This document shows, piece after piece, positions 26,581 through 36,229 of a stretch of 48,944 nucleotides of DNA. The DNA is taken from NCBI GenBank assembly GCA_964590515.1, contig CAZPZD010000009.1, positions 1 to 48,944 of the forward strand, given 5' to 3'. The notes beneath the pieces are model-generated. The model was given only the letters and a program-made list of their open reading frames with translations. It was not told the DNA's origin and searched no databases. How positions within the stretch are numbered: the stretch's first letter is position 1; each line of letters begins with the position of its first letter. The translations under genes were made by a program, and so were the position numbers. This DNA comes from an uncultured Anaerolineaceae bacterium. Lineage in GTDB: Bacteria > Chloroflexota > Anaerolineae > Anaerolineales > E44-bin32.

Positions 26581-27369
26581 CTATAACGGTGCCGCGACCG
26601 CGCCGCCGTCGAGCATCAGGGCGTGACCATGCACAAAGCCGGCAGCCGGGGAGGCCAGCCAGGCGATCGCCTTGCCGTACTCCTCGACGGTCCCCATCCG
26701 CCCGAGCGGCAGCTCGGAGATCACCTTGGCCGCCTCCGCTTCCACCGAGGTTTGTTTCGCTTTGGCACGGTCGGCCATGATCTGTTCCACTCGATCGGTC
26801 CAGATCCAGGCCGGGTTGATCGAGTTCACCCGGATTCCCTTCGGGCCGAGTTCGTTGGCGAGAGTCTTCATCAGCCCAATCACGGCGAGGCGTAAAGAGT
26901 TCGCGCTGATCAGGCGGGGGATCGGCTGCTTAACAACATACGACTGGCTGGCGATGATGCAGCCTGAACCGCGTTCGACCATGTGGGGGACCACCGCGTA
27001 GCACAAGTAGAGGGTGCTCATCAACGTCGTCCGGATTCCGGCCTCCCAGTCCTCGAGGGTCAGGTCCAGAAACCCGCCCGTCGGCGGCCCGGCGTTGTTG
27101 ATGACCAGGATATCAATCTGGCCGTAGTGATCGATCGCTCGCTTGACGAACCCCTCCGCCTGCTGCCGGTCGGTCAGGTCAGCCCGGACGGCGAGCACTT
27201 CTGCGCCGGTCTGCGAGCGGATCTCTTCAGCGGTCGACTGCAGCTTGTCGCTCCGAGCACAGATCGCCAGCCGGACGCCCTCCTGAGCCAGTGCCATTGC
27301 GGCCGACTTGCCGAGGCCTTTGGAGGCCGCCGCGACCAACGCGACCTGGCCCCGAATGCCAAGATCCAT
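26581..27369 (-). CDS. SDR-family oxidoreductase
   Basis: AAASKGLG, NNAGPP, GIRVNSINP, PLGRMG; catalytic YxxxK is replaced by ANSLR. Promoter TTGACA-N17-TAGTGT at 27406-27434. Confidence 0.9.
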   Translation of the reverse strand: MDLGIRGQVALVAAASKGLGKSAAMALAQEGVRLAICARSDKLQSTAEEIRSQTGAEVLAVRADLTDRQQAEGFVKRAIDHYGQIDILVINNAGPPTGGFLDLTLEDWEAGIRTTLMSTLYLCYAVVPHMVERGSGCIIASQSYVVKQPIPRLISANSLRLAVIGLMKTLANELGPKGIRVNSINPAWIWTDRVEQIMADRAKAKQTSVEAEAAKVISELPLGRMGTVEEYGKAIAWLASPAAGFVHGHALMLDGGAVAAPL

Positions 27370-27565
27370 GTTGCCTCCCGTTGACTCCAATCTGAAACGG
27401 TCGGAACACTACGGCAGATTCAAAGCCCTGTCAATCGCGATCGCCCCCAAGCGTTTGGACCGCGGCTGGCCGAACTCGGTTAGGATTGCATACTCGCGGG
27501 CCGTTGATTGAAAGCTGAGCACCGTGCGAGGCCGGAGGAGATAAGTAGTCTATGGGAGGTCACCG

Positions 27566-28450
27566 ATGCGTAGGGTCCTGAAGTGGGTCGCCCGGATCGG
27601 GGCGGGGTTGCTGGCGCTCGCCGGAGTGCTCGCCGGCGCGATTTTCATCATCAGCGAACGGATGTTAGACACGGAGTATGCGGTCCCGGAAGCCTCGCTC
27701 GCGATCGACATGACGAATGCCGACCTCGAACGGGGTCAGCATCTGGTCAACACCGTGGGGTTCTGCACCCAGTGTCATGGACCGCACCTGGCGGGTCTGG
27801 TGATGGCAGAGAGCCCGGTTCTCGGTCGACTAGTATCCGCCAATCTCACGAGCGGCGAGGGTGGAATCGGGGGTCGGTTCAAGGATCAGGACTGGGTCCG
27901 CGCGATCCGCCATGGGGTCGGTGAGGATGGGCGCAGCCTGATCGTGATGCCGTCCAACTCCTTCGCCTGGTTCAGCGATTCCGACCTGGCGTCCATCATC
28001 GCCTACCTGGAAAGTATTCCCCCGGTGGACAATGTGCTGCCTGATATCCAGTTGCGAATGGCGCGGTTGTTCATCTTCCAAGACCCAACCGGGTTGCCGG
28101 CCAGCGTGATCGACCATGCGGCGCCCCGGCCACCCGAGCCCCAACCTGGGATTAACGTTGAGTACGGCCGCTACCTGGCCAACAACTGCCAGATCTGTCA
28201 CGGCCCGGACTTCGCCGGGATTGAGGGGGCCGGCGGGGGCCTGAACTTGACCCCGGCTGGGGACCTGGCGAACTGGAGCGAAGCCGAGTTCATCACTGCG
28301 CTGCAGACCGGGGTGAGACCCGATGGCAAGGAACTGGATTCGGAGCTTATGCCGTGGGAAACACTGGGTAAGCTGACCGACGAGGAAATGAAGGCCCTCT
28401 GGCTGTTTCTAGAATCGTTGCCACCGGTTGAGAGCCCCCCCGAAGGATAG
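27566..28450 (+). CDS. Membrane-anchored diheme c-type cytochrome
   Basis: Two CxxCH motifs (CTQCH, CQICH), each followed by NLT and a distal MP; N-terminal TM; GGGAGGT RBS. Confidence 0.9.
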   Translation: MRRVLKWVARIGAGLLALAGVLAGAIFIISERMLDTEYAVPEASLAIDMTNADLERGQHLVNTVGFCTQCHGPHLAGLVMAESPVLGRLVSANLTSGEGGIGGRFKDQDWVRAIRHGVGEDGRSLIVMPSNSFAWFSDSDLASIIAYLESIPPVDNVLPDIQLRMARLFIFQDPTGLPASVIDHAAPRPPEPQPGINVEYGRYLANNCQICHGPDFAGIEGAGGGLNLTPAGDLANWSEAEFITALQTGVRPDGKELDSELMPWETLGKLTDEEMKALWLFLESLPPVESPPEG

Positions 28451-28471
28451 CCGGCCCGCTCTGTCCGCCGC

Positions 28472-31009
28472 TCATCCGCTCAGCAACGCCTCCAGCAGCT
28501 GAGCCGTCAGCGCCTTGACCTCCCGGCCGCCCGGACCCACCGGACCCACACAGGCCGGGCAACCGTCCAGGCAGCGGCAGCGCCGCACCAATTCCAGCGC
28601 GCCCTCCAGCAGTCGCTCGTGTAATTCATAAAGCCGTTCGGCCAACCCCAGACCCTCCGGGGCGCGGTCGAATAGTGTGATCGTGGGAGACTTGGTCTCT
28701 TTGGAGCGGACCTCGGTCAGCCCACCCAGGTCGCGCGGATCGCACATCAAGAAGAGCGGAGCGATGTTGCGCAGGGTATAGGCCAGTCCACCCAGCGCGC
28801 TGCGAGTCCCGCGGACCGACTCCGCCCGAGCGTGACAGGTCGAGCACAAGGTAATCAGGTTGTCGAGCAGATTGGCCTGCCGATCGTTGCGGTTCTCGCC
28901 GGGCACGTAGCCAAACTCGCGGAAGGGGCGGAGGTGATGGACGTCATGGCTCCGTCCTTCGCGTTCGGGCGCGCCGCACTGGCGACAGCGCCGCCCGTCC
29001 CTCTCCAGAGCGGCCTTCCGCACCGCCGGCCAATCTGGCCCGTACTCGTTGGGCGGGATCAGCACCCCCTCGGCCTCCAAGCGTTCGACAGTTTCCGGCG
29101 CGATCCACAGCCAATAGGCGCTCGTCTCGTACTGCCGCGGCGGAAGGTCGATCTGCCCGTAGCCGAGGGTCTCGTGGGTATAGCGCTTGATCTTACGGAA
29201 TGAAGTTGCCTGAGCGGTGATCTGGGCCCAGCCATGCGCACGCCGGGTCGGCCGGGTCTCGTCGGCGTCGTAGATCTCAATAACCTCGAGGTCCACCGTC
29301 TCCGAGGCGTCGGTATAGTAATCGACCTCCTCTGGCTTGACCTCGGCCAGGGCGTTCTCCCAATCCAGCCGCTGCACAATGTGCGGGCGGCCTTCGTGGG
29401 TGTACACCGCTCCTTCGTGCAGCAGGATCGGAGCGGCGGCCCGGTCGACCTCCCCAATCACGATTGGGCGGCCCTGGCCCACCTCTTGGATCACCACGGT
29501 GGCGTCCTCGCCAGACCGCAGCGAGGCCCGCTCAGCCGGATAGGAGTCGGCTATCCAGCGGTAGACGCCGTCGGACCGGTGCAGCACGCCCTCATCCGCC
29601 AGGAAGTCCAGCAGCTCCGCCACTTCCTGGTAGGAGCCAAAGGATTCACCGGCCTCAAAGGGCAGCTCGAAGGCCGCGCAGCGCAGGTGGCGCAGCAGGA
29701 TCGCCAGGTTATCCGGGTTGATCAGTCCGTGCTCGGGCGGGTTCTCGAACAGATAGCGCGGGTTGGCGGCGACGAACTGGTCGAGCGGCGCGCCGGAAGC
29801 CACCAGCACCGCTGCCGAAACATCGCTCCGCCGGCCCGCCCGGCCGGCTTGCTGCCACAGGCTGGCAATCGTGCCGGGGTACCCGGCAATCACCGCCGCT
29901 CCGAGCTGGCCAATATCCACTCCAAGCTCGAGGGCGTTGGTCGCCACGACTCCCCGGACGCTCCCGTCCCGCAACCCCTTCTCGATTTCCCGCCGCTCCA
30001 GCGGAAGATAGCCGCCGCGGTAGCCCCGGATTGTCAACGGGTCGCCTCCACTTCGCTCCACTCCATCCCGCACGTAGCCCAAGAGCACCTCGGTCGTCAG
30101 CCGAGCGCGGGCGAAGACCGCGGTCTGAACGCCGGCCCGCAAGAAGCGCTCCGCGATCCGGGTGGCCTCCAGGGTGTAGGCCCGCCGGATCCCGAGGGCC
30201 GGGTCCACCACCGGGGGGTTGTAGAGGATGACGTGCTTCTCGGCCCGCGGCGATCCGTCCAGATCGGGTGCGATCAGCCGCACGGGCAGCTCGATCAGTT
30301 TTTCCGCCAGCTCCTTGGGGTTGGCGATCGTGGCCGAGGTCAGAGCGAACTTCGGATTCGATCCGTAGAATCGGCAGATGCGCTTCAGTCGCCGCAGCAG
30401 GTTGGCGACGTTGGACCCGAACACGCCTCGGTAGACATGCAGCTCGTCCAGCACGACCCAGCGCAGGTTCTCGAAGAGGACCGACCACTGGGTATGGTGG
30501 GGCAGGATCCCCATGTGCAGCATGTCCGGATTGGTGATGAGAACCCGGGCCTGATCCCGGATCCCGCGCCGATCGGCCGGGGGCGTATCGCCATCATAGG
30601 TCCGCACCGACACCTGTTCGGCGGCCTCTGCCGCCTCCAGCAATCCGACCAGGACCGCCGCCTGGTCTTGAGCCAGCGCCTTGGTGGGGAACAGGTAGAG
30701 GGCCCGCGCCTCGGGATCGCCGAGCATGGTCTGCAGAACCGGCAGGTTGTAGCACAGGGTCTTGCCGGAGGCAGTGCCGGTAACGACCACCACGTTTTCC
30801 CCGGCCAGGGCGGCTTCGACCGCGGCGGCCTGATGGATGAAGGGGGGCGCGGTGCCCAGCGAGCGGAGGGCGCGGGTCAGCCTGGGGTCCAGGCCGGGCG
30901 GGAAGTCGGCGTAGCGGGCCTCCCGGGCGGGAAGCCGTTCCCAGACTGTCACGTTCTCCATGAAGGAGGGGTCTCGGCGCAGGGTGTCGAGCACACTTGC
31001 TACAACCAT
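28472..31009 (-). CDS. MrfA/Hrq1-family DExH helicase (DUF1998) with inserted HNH domain
   Basis: TGTASGKT, FPTKALAQDQ, TNPDMLH, DELH, SAT, TNALELGVDIG, QQAGRAGR; C-terminal MCD...CRCLDGCPAC; internal CRQC...DVHH...N...CSTCH. Confidence 0.92.
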   Translation of the reverse strand: MVVASVLDTLRRDPSFMENVTVWERLPAREARYADFPPGLDPRLTRALRSLGTAPPFIHQAAAVEAALAGENVVVVTGTASGKTLCYNLPVLQTMLGDPEARALYLFPTKALAQDQAAVLVGLLEAAEAAEQVSVRTYDGDTPPADRRGIRDQARVLITNPDMLHMGILPHHTQWSVLFENLRWVVLDELHVYRGVFGSNVANLLRRLKRICRFYGSNPKFALTSATIANPKELAEKLIELPVRLIAPDLDGSPRAEKHVILYNPPVVDPALGIRRAYTLEATRIAERFLRAGVQTAVFARARLTTEVLLGYVRDGVERSGGDPLTIRGYRGGYLPLERREIEKGLRDGSVRGVVATNALELGVDIGQLGAAVIAGYPGTIASLWQQAGRAGRRSDVSAAVLVASGAPLDQFVAANPRYLFENPPEHGLINPDNLAILLRHLRCAAFELPFEAGESFGSYQEVAELLDFLADEGVLHRSDGVYRWIADSYPAERASLRSGEDATVVIQEVGQGRPIVIGEVDRAAAPILLHEGAVYTHEGRPHIVQRLDWENALAEVKPEEVDYYTDASETVDLEVIEIYDADETRPTRRAHGWAQITAQATSFRKIKRYTHETLGYGQIDLPPRQYETSAYWLWIAPETVERLEAEGVLIPPNEYGPDWPAVRKAALERDGRRCRQCGAPEREGRSHDVHHLRPFREFGYVPGENRNDRQANLLDNLITLCSTCHARAESVRGTRSALGGLAYTLRNIAPLFLMCDPRDLGGLTEVRSKETKSPTITLFDRAPEGLGLAERLYELHERLLEGALELVRRCRCLDGCPACVGPVGPGGREVKALTAQLLEALLSG

Positions 31010-31179
31010 GGCCGCGGATTATAACTAGGCGCCCTAAAGACCCGCTGAGCACTCTTGCCAGCCCCCGCAATCTGTCGCTGGACATTGCGCTCAGCTTACA
31101 ATCTTCTGTCTAGGACCCCGCGCCTATCCGCCGAGGACCGTTCCAGTGATAAAGTGACGTCGGCCGACATGACCCATCC

Positions 31180-32067
31180 ATGACCAATAGCGAACGAGCC
31201 ACCCTGGGGAGGCTTCCTGAGCGGATCGCATCATTCCTGCACACGGGCTGGTTGCCCACTATCCACCGCCGTCTCAGCCAGGTCCTCGAGACCGCCAAGA
31301 CGATTCCTTTTGACGACTCGTCGCGGTTCGTGTTCTTCAGCGACCTGCACCGGGGCGACGGAAGCGGCTCGGACTCCTTTCTCCCGAACGCCGGGCTCTT
31401 TCTCAACGTCTTGTCCCATTACGAACGCACCGGGTTCACCTATGTTGAGGTGGGTGACGGCGACGAGTTATGGAAGGGCTGGCCCTTCGAGGCGATCCGC
31501 GAGGCCCACAAGCGGGTATTCGAGCTCTTGCACCAACTGGACCTGGACCGCAGGCTGCACCTGATCGTCGGAAATCATGATCAGCGGCGCAAGACCGGAC
31601 AGCGAATGGAGAAAGACGGCCTGCCGGTGCATGAGGGGATCGTGATGCAGCACGCCGAGACCGCCCAGCGGCTGTTTATAGTCCACGGACACCAGGCCGA
31701 CATCACCAATGATCGGCTGGTTTTCTTGGCCCATCGGGCGGTACGGCTGAGCAAGCGCCTGCGCGGCATGGTGCGCCTGTGGAACGCGGGGCCAGGGCGG
31801 GTGGACCAGATGGGGAAACTCGAGCAGCGAATCACCGACTGGATCAAAACCTACCAAGAGATCGTCATCTGTGGCCATACCCACCGACCGGCGTTCCCCA
31901 AAATCGGCGAAATGCCCTACTTCAATACCGGTAGTGGGGTCGTGCCCGGAATCTTGACCGGCCTCGAGCTTCGGCACGGCGCCCTGGTGCCGATCCGCTG
32001 GACAGAGGACCGCGCCCGACGGCCGATCCGTGAGCTGGCCGGACCCCCCCGCCGAATCAACTGGTAA
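31180..32067 (+). CDS. Calcineurin-like metallophosphoesterase (LpxH-like)
   Basis: SDLH, GDGDE, GNHD, HGH, GHTH and NTGS motifs. Confidence 0.88.
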   Translation: MTNSERATLGRLPERIASFLHTGWLPTIHRRLSQVLETAKTIPFDDSSRFVFFSDLHRGDGSGSDSFLPNAGLFLNVLSHYERTGFTYVEVGDGDELWKGWPFEAIREAHKRVFELLHQLDLDRRLHLIVGNHDQRRKTGQRMEKDGLPVHEGIVMQHAETAQRLFIVHGHQADITNDRLVFLAHRAVRLSKRLRGMVRLWNAGPGRVDQMGKLEQRITDWIKTYQEIVICGHTHRPAFPKIGEMPYFNTGSGVVPGILTGLELRHGALVPIRWTEDRARRPIRELAGPPRRINW

Positions 32068-34093
32068 GTCCCGCAGTAACCAGCCGCCAGAGCTGGGCCA
32101 CTAACCCTGTAAGCAGCAGACCGACCCCCAGGGGAAGCACCGCAGACACGAGCGCCCAGCGCTTGCTGCCGGTTTCCTTGTAGATGGTGTAGATCGTCGT
32201 GCTGCACGGATTGTGGAGTAGGCTGAAGAGCATCAGGTTCACCGCAGTCAGCAGCGTCCAGCCCCCGGCGTGCAGCACGGCCAGCGTTCCAGCGCCGGAC
32301 TCCAGATCGACCAGCACACCCGCGCCCGCTCCGACCCCGCTCACCTGACTGACCAAGACTGTGAGCATCAGGATGGTCGGAATCACGATCTCGTTGGCCG
32401 GGATCGCCGCGACGTAGGCTAGCAGGATCACACCGTTCAATCCTAAGAACAAGCCGAGAGGATTCAGCAGCCCGATCAGCCGCTCGGCGAGAGTTATTCC
32501 TCCAAGTTGCACATTGGCAAAAATCCAGATTACCGCACCTGCTGGCAGAGCAAAGACAATCGCCCGCCAAAGTACGTAGACCGTTCGGTCGATCACGGAG
32601 CGATACAGAGTCTTCAGAACCCGTGGGGGCCGGTAGGGCGGCAGCTCCAGGCTGAAGGCCGAGACCTCACCGCGCAGCACCGTGCGGGAAAGCAGCCACG
32701 AGACGGCAAACGTCAGGCCGACTCCCAGGACCGCCACGCCGACCACAGCCAGTGCCGAGACCGCGCCTGCCAGCCGGGCCGGCACCAGTGCTCCGACGAA
32801 CAGGGTGGCAATCAGGATCTGGGTGGGCCAGCGCCCGTTGCACAGGGCGAAGTTGTTGGTGAGGATCGCGATCAATCGCTCGCGGGGGCTATCGATGATC
32901 CGGGCCGAAATCACTCCGGCGGCGTTGCAGCCGAAGCCCATGGCCATGGTCAGCGCTTGCTTACCGTGGGCACCGGCTCGCTTGAAGAGCGTGTCCAGAT
33001 TGAAGGCGATCCGCGGCAGGTAACCGAAGTCCTCGAGCAGGGTGAAGAGCGGGAAGAAGATCGCCATCGGGGGCAGCATGACACTGATAACCCAGGCGGT
33101 GGCCAGGTACATCCCGTCGATCAGCACTCCCCGCAGCCAGCCGGCCACCCCGAGATCCGCGGCGGCTTCCCGCAGCCAGGGATGGACGGTATCCAGCAAG
33201 AACGTGCCGAGCAGCCGGGACGGTACGTTTGCCCCGGTGATGGTGATCCAAAACACCCCGGCAAGCAAGAGCAGCATGATGGGGAAACCCCACACCCGAC
33301 TGGTCACGACTCGATCGATGGCTCGGTCGAGATCGAACCGCGGCTGAGCTTCCGCCTGGCGGACGGCCCTTCCAGCAAGGCGGGCCGCCTCGGCATAACT
33401 AGCTTCGACACTCTGCCCATGCCGGTTGCCGTCGATTCTCTGGTCGGGCCGCTCCGCCGTCTCCCTCGCTGCTGGGGTCTGCCGTTCGGTGATGAGCCTC
33501 GGGCGACCGACCAACTTCCCCATGGCGACCTCGGCGATGGTCGCAATCAGCCGATCCAGTCCGGCCTCTGAGCGGGCCACAATTGGAACGACCGGCACTC
33601 CCAAGTCACGGGCCAACTGTCGGTCGTCGACGGCCAGGCCATGCCGCCGGGCTTCGTCCATCAGATTGAGGCAGACCACGACCCGGTCGGTGATCTCCAG
33701 CACTTGCAGAACCAGGTTGAGATTGCGCTCCAAGCGGGTCGCATCGACGACGATGACCGTCACGTCCGGCTGCCCGGAAAGGATGAAATCGCGGGCGATC
33801 TCCTCGTCCACGGTCGTGGCCAGGAGTGAATAGGTGCCCGGCAGGTCAACCAGCTTGTAGCGGTGGCCCGCGTAGTCGTATCCGCCCTCGGCCTTGGCGA
33901 CCGTCTTGCCCGGCCAGTTGCCGGTGTGCTGTCGCAGGCCAGTCAGCGCGTTGAAGACTGTGCTCTTGCCCGTGTTGGGGTTGCCTCCCAGCGCCACCAG
34001 GTAATCCGCGTGGCGCATATCGACCCCAAGCTTCGACAAGTTGGCCGACGAGTGGACCGGACAGGCCTCACAGCCGCGGGGGCTAGGGCGCAT
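32057..34093 (-). CDS. feoB: Ferrous iron transporter B
   Basis: [60 protein letters not shown]; start ATG 34093. Confidence 0.95.
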   Translation of the reverse strand: MRPSPRGCEACPVHSSANLSKLGVDMRHADYLVALGGNPNTGKSTVFNALTGLRQHTGNWPGKTVAKAEGGYDYAGHRYKLVDLPGTYSLLATTVDEEIARDFILSGQPDVTVIVVDATRLERNLNLVLQVLEITDRVVVCLNLMDEARRHGLAVDDRQLARDLGVPVVPIVARSEAGLDRLIATIAEVAMGKLVGRPRLITERQTPAARETAERPDQRIDGNRHGQSVEASYAEAARLAGRAVRQAEAQPRFDLDRAIDRVVTSRVWGFPIMLLLLAGVFWITITGANVPSRLLGTFLLDTVHPWLREAAADLGVAGWLRGVLIDGMYLATAWVISVMLPPMAIFFPLFTLLEDFGYLPRIAFNLDTLFKRAGAHGKQALTMAMGFGCNAAGVISARIIDSPRERLIAILTNNFALCNGRWPTQILIATLFVGALVPARLAGAVSALAVVGVAVLGVGLTFAVSWLLSRTVLRGEVSAFSLELPPYRPPRVLKTLYRSVIDRTVYVLWRAIVFALPAGAVIWIFANVQLGGITLAERLIGLLNPLGLFLGLNGVILLAYVAAIPANEIVIPTILMLTVLVSQVSGVGAGAGVLVDLESGAGTLAVLHAGGWTLLTAVNLMLFSLLHNPCSTTIYTIYKETGSKRWALVSAVLPLGVGLLLTGLVAQLWRLVTAGLTS

Positions 34094-35108
34094 GATGGTC
34101 CCCCGGCCGTAGGATGAGGATGTGCGCGGCCTGTTCTCTCCGCAGGGCAATCAGCGCCCCCCGAATACGATAGGCCACCGGATCCGAGCTCGGGCTGGCA
34201 AACTCGGCCTGGATTACGGTCCCCGACAGAACCCCCAGGTCCTGCAAGCGACGGCGTTCCATCCGGCGACATCCTTGGCCAATACCCACGACTACTCCGC
34301 ACTCGCCGACCCGGAGATCGCTCAAGCGAGCCTGGGGGGCCTGCGCTGCGGCTCCCGGTTGCGGCTGTACGAGGAGGTTGGCGGCTGCCGGAGGGGCCAG
34401 AACGCGATCTTCATCGCCAACCCGGATCCGCATTTGGGTCGCCGACCGCTCCACCACCCGAAGCTCCATCCCCGGATACAGCCCTGCCGCTAGCAATTCG
34501 GCGTAGGTCGGCTCCGGTTCGTCCTCGACGTGGACAATCCTCAAGGGTGTATCCAGCGGCGCGGCCGCCAACGGCAGCCCCGACTGCGGGGGTGTCTCGC
34601 CGGCGCGGGTCGGGATCGGGTCGCCATGCGGATCGTAGGTTGGATTCTGGAGGCGGGCCGCCAGCGCCTCCAATTCGGCTTGGGTCAGCCGGTGTTCCTG
34701 CTTCTCGGCCTGCTTATGCCACTCGAGTTCGGGGTACCCGGTCTCGTCCGCCAGATACCGTTCCCACAGGCGGTGGGCGCGTAGGACCCGAACCGCCCGG
34801 CTCCGGCCCATAGGGGTGAGGGAGCACGCGCTTGCCTTCCTCTCCACCAGCCCGAGTCGCTCCAGGCTTGAAAGAATCGTAGCGGCCGAAGGCAGGCTAA
34901 TCCGCAGCGCGGCTGCCAGGCCAGGCAGGGTGGGTGGCGAATGCTCCAGTTCGGCTGCGTGCAGGTACTTCAGACTGTCATCGGCCCGCACTTGCTGCCG
35001 CCGGCTGCGCCAGCGGACGAGCCAACCCCGCCCCGGCCGGAACAGTGCCGCGACGATGGCCAGGGTACAGCCGGCTATCAATAGGACAAGGAGCAGCTGA
35101 AATAACAC
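34083..35108 (-). CDS. DtxR-family metalloregulator with N-terminal TM helix and two FeoA domains
   Basis: Hydrophobic N-terminus; LTPMG...HRLWERYL...EH...[11 protein letters not shown]; two FeoA-like repeats (GLYPG; LQDLGVLSG...[19 protein letters not shown]). GTG 35108 is the proposed start. Confidence 0.85.
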   Translation of the reverse strand: MLFQLLLVLLIAGCTLAIVAALFRPGRGWLVRWRSRRQQVRADDSLKYLHAAELEHSPPTLPGLAAALRISLPSAATILSSLERLGLVERKASACSLTPMGRSRAVRVLRAHRLWERYLADETGYPELEWHKQAEKQEHRLTQAELEALAARLQNPTYDPHGDPIPTRAGETPPQSGLPLAAAPLDTPLRIVHVEDEPEPTYAELLAAGLYPGMELRVVERSATQMRIRVGDEDRVLAPPAAANLLVQPQPGAAAQAPQARLSDLRVGECGVVVGIGQGCRRMERRRLQDLGVLSGTVIQAEFASPSSDPVAYRIRGALIALRREQAAHILILRPGDHHAP

Positions 35109-35183
35109 TATCGGGGGCCTCAGTTCCGCGCAGCCCAAGCTGCCGGGCTACTTCGAGGATGCCCGCGCCCGGCCCGAAACAAC

Positions 35184-35199
35184 AGTGACAAATGTCACA
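35184..35199. promoter_or_regulatory. CRP/FNR-like palindrome
   Basis: AGTGA-CAAATG-TCACA with perfect arms GTGACA/TGTCAC, upstream of the feo operon. Confidence 0.45.
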
Positions 35200-35223
35200 G
35201 GTTTCGTCTAGCCCAATAGGGAA

Positions 35224-35239
35224 TTTAGGGGGGTCTAAA
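35224..35239. promoter_or_regulatory. DtxR/MntR-type operator
   Basis: TTTAG-GGGGGT-CTAAA; same architecture as the box at 38738. Confidence 0.6.
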
Positions 35240-35276
35240 CAACCGGCAGCCGCCCAGGCGACCGATCGGGCGAGCC

Positions 35277-36038
35277 CTAGAACGCCATCACGTTCTGCAA
35301 GACCATGAGGGCCAGGAAACCGACCATGGTGGCCAAGGCACTGGAGAGCCGTTGGCCTTCATTGGCCCGGCTCTCTGGAATCATTTCGCTCAACACCAGG
35401 AAAAACATCGCACCGGCCGCCAGACCGAAGGCGAAGGGAAGGACGGGGCGGAAGGCCTGCACGGCCAGGAAAGCCGGCACCGCCGCGATCGGCTGCGGGA
35501 GGCTGGAGAAGATCGCCCACCCCACACACTTCCAACCGCTCACCCCCTCCGCCCGCAGGGGCAGCGATACTGCAACTCCCTCCGGGATGTTGTGAACCGC
35601 GATGGCGACCGCCACCAGCACTCCCAGCGAAGCTTCCCCCGAGCCGTAGGCGACTCCGATCGCCAGCCCCTCCGGGAAGCTGTGCACAAACATCGTACCC
35701 AAGATCAGCGCTACCCGGGCATTTCCCCGTACCGAGGCCCCGGGAACCGGAATCCCGCGCTCGTCGTGTTCGTGGCCCGAAATCAGGGTCGAAGCCCATC
35801 CGAAGAGGGCGGTGCCGACAAGCACCCCAATCGCCACCAGGGTGATCCCGCCCCTATCCACTCCCGGGATGATCAAATTGAAGACCGAGGCTGACAGCAT
35901 CATCCCGCCGGCCACCGCCCATCCGAGCCGGGCCAGTTCGCCCGGAAAACGGCGCACGAACACGAACGGCAGACCGCCCAGCCCGGTCGCCAGCATCGTG
36001 ATCGCGGCGGCAATTACAGTTTGTGGCAACGTCGGCAT
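35277..36038 (-). CDS. ZIP-family (ZupT/GufA) metal transporter
   Basis: ATGLG, AGGMMLSAS, HSFPEGLAIGV, AIAVHNIPEG, AAGAM...EMIPE; promoter TTGACA-N17-GATAGT at 36099-36127. Confidence 0.92.
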   Translation of the reverse strand: MPTLPQTVIAAAITMLATGLGGLPFVFVRRFPGELARLGWAVAGGMMLSASVFNLIIPGVDRGGITLVAIGVLVGTALFGWASTLISGHEHDERGIPVPGASVRGNARVALILGTMFVHSFPEGLAIGVAYGSGEASLGVLVAVAIAVHNIPEGVAVSLPLRAEGVSGWKCVGWAIFSSLPQPIAAVPAFLAVQAFRPVLPFAFGLAAGAMFFLVLSEMIPESRANEGQRLSSALATMVGFLALMVLQNVMAF

Positions 36039-36229
36039 TTCGCTAGACCTTTTCGGCCTCGGGTCTCAGTCCGGTCCCACTGGCAGTCCGCCAGCAGCAC
36101 TATCCCCGACCCAGCAATCGCTGTCAAGTGTCGTTCAACCGGGCAGGAGGTGGACACCTGTCTCGGCTGCAGTCGGGGATCCTCAGCCGCAGCCTTGCCA
36201 GCGCCTCCGAGTTGCGGGATAGTTCGGCC

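Noticed and set aside
26581-27369. SDR pseudogene because YxxxK is absent
   Set aside because: The ORF is intact, and an S/A-N-x-x-R replacement is typical of a known SDR subgroup.
28820-29044. HNH insert as an intein or group I intron
   Set aside because: No N-terminal Cys/Ser block, no His-Asn followed by C/S/T, too short for a splicing domain plus nuclease, and the frame is continuous.
29234-31024. Long antisense ORFs (596 aa here; also 14201-15406, 17575-18966, 43361-44617, 32507-33571, 8886-9809)
   Set aside because: They shadow well-supported genes on the opposite strand and carry no motifs, as expected in high-GC DNA with codon bias.
36056-36112. yybP-ykoY (Mn) or NiCo riboswitch upstream of ZIP (GGGGATAG...TGAGACCC)
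   Set aside because: Lacks the L3 motif and four-way junction, and the 5' part coincides with the predicted -10 element.
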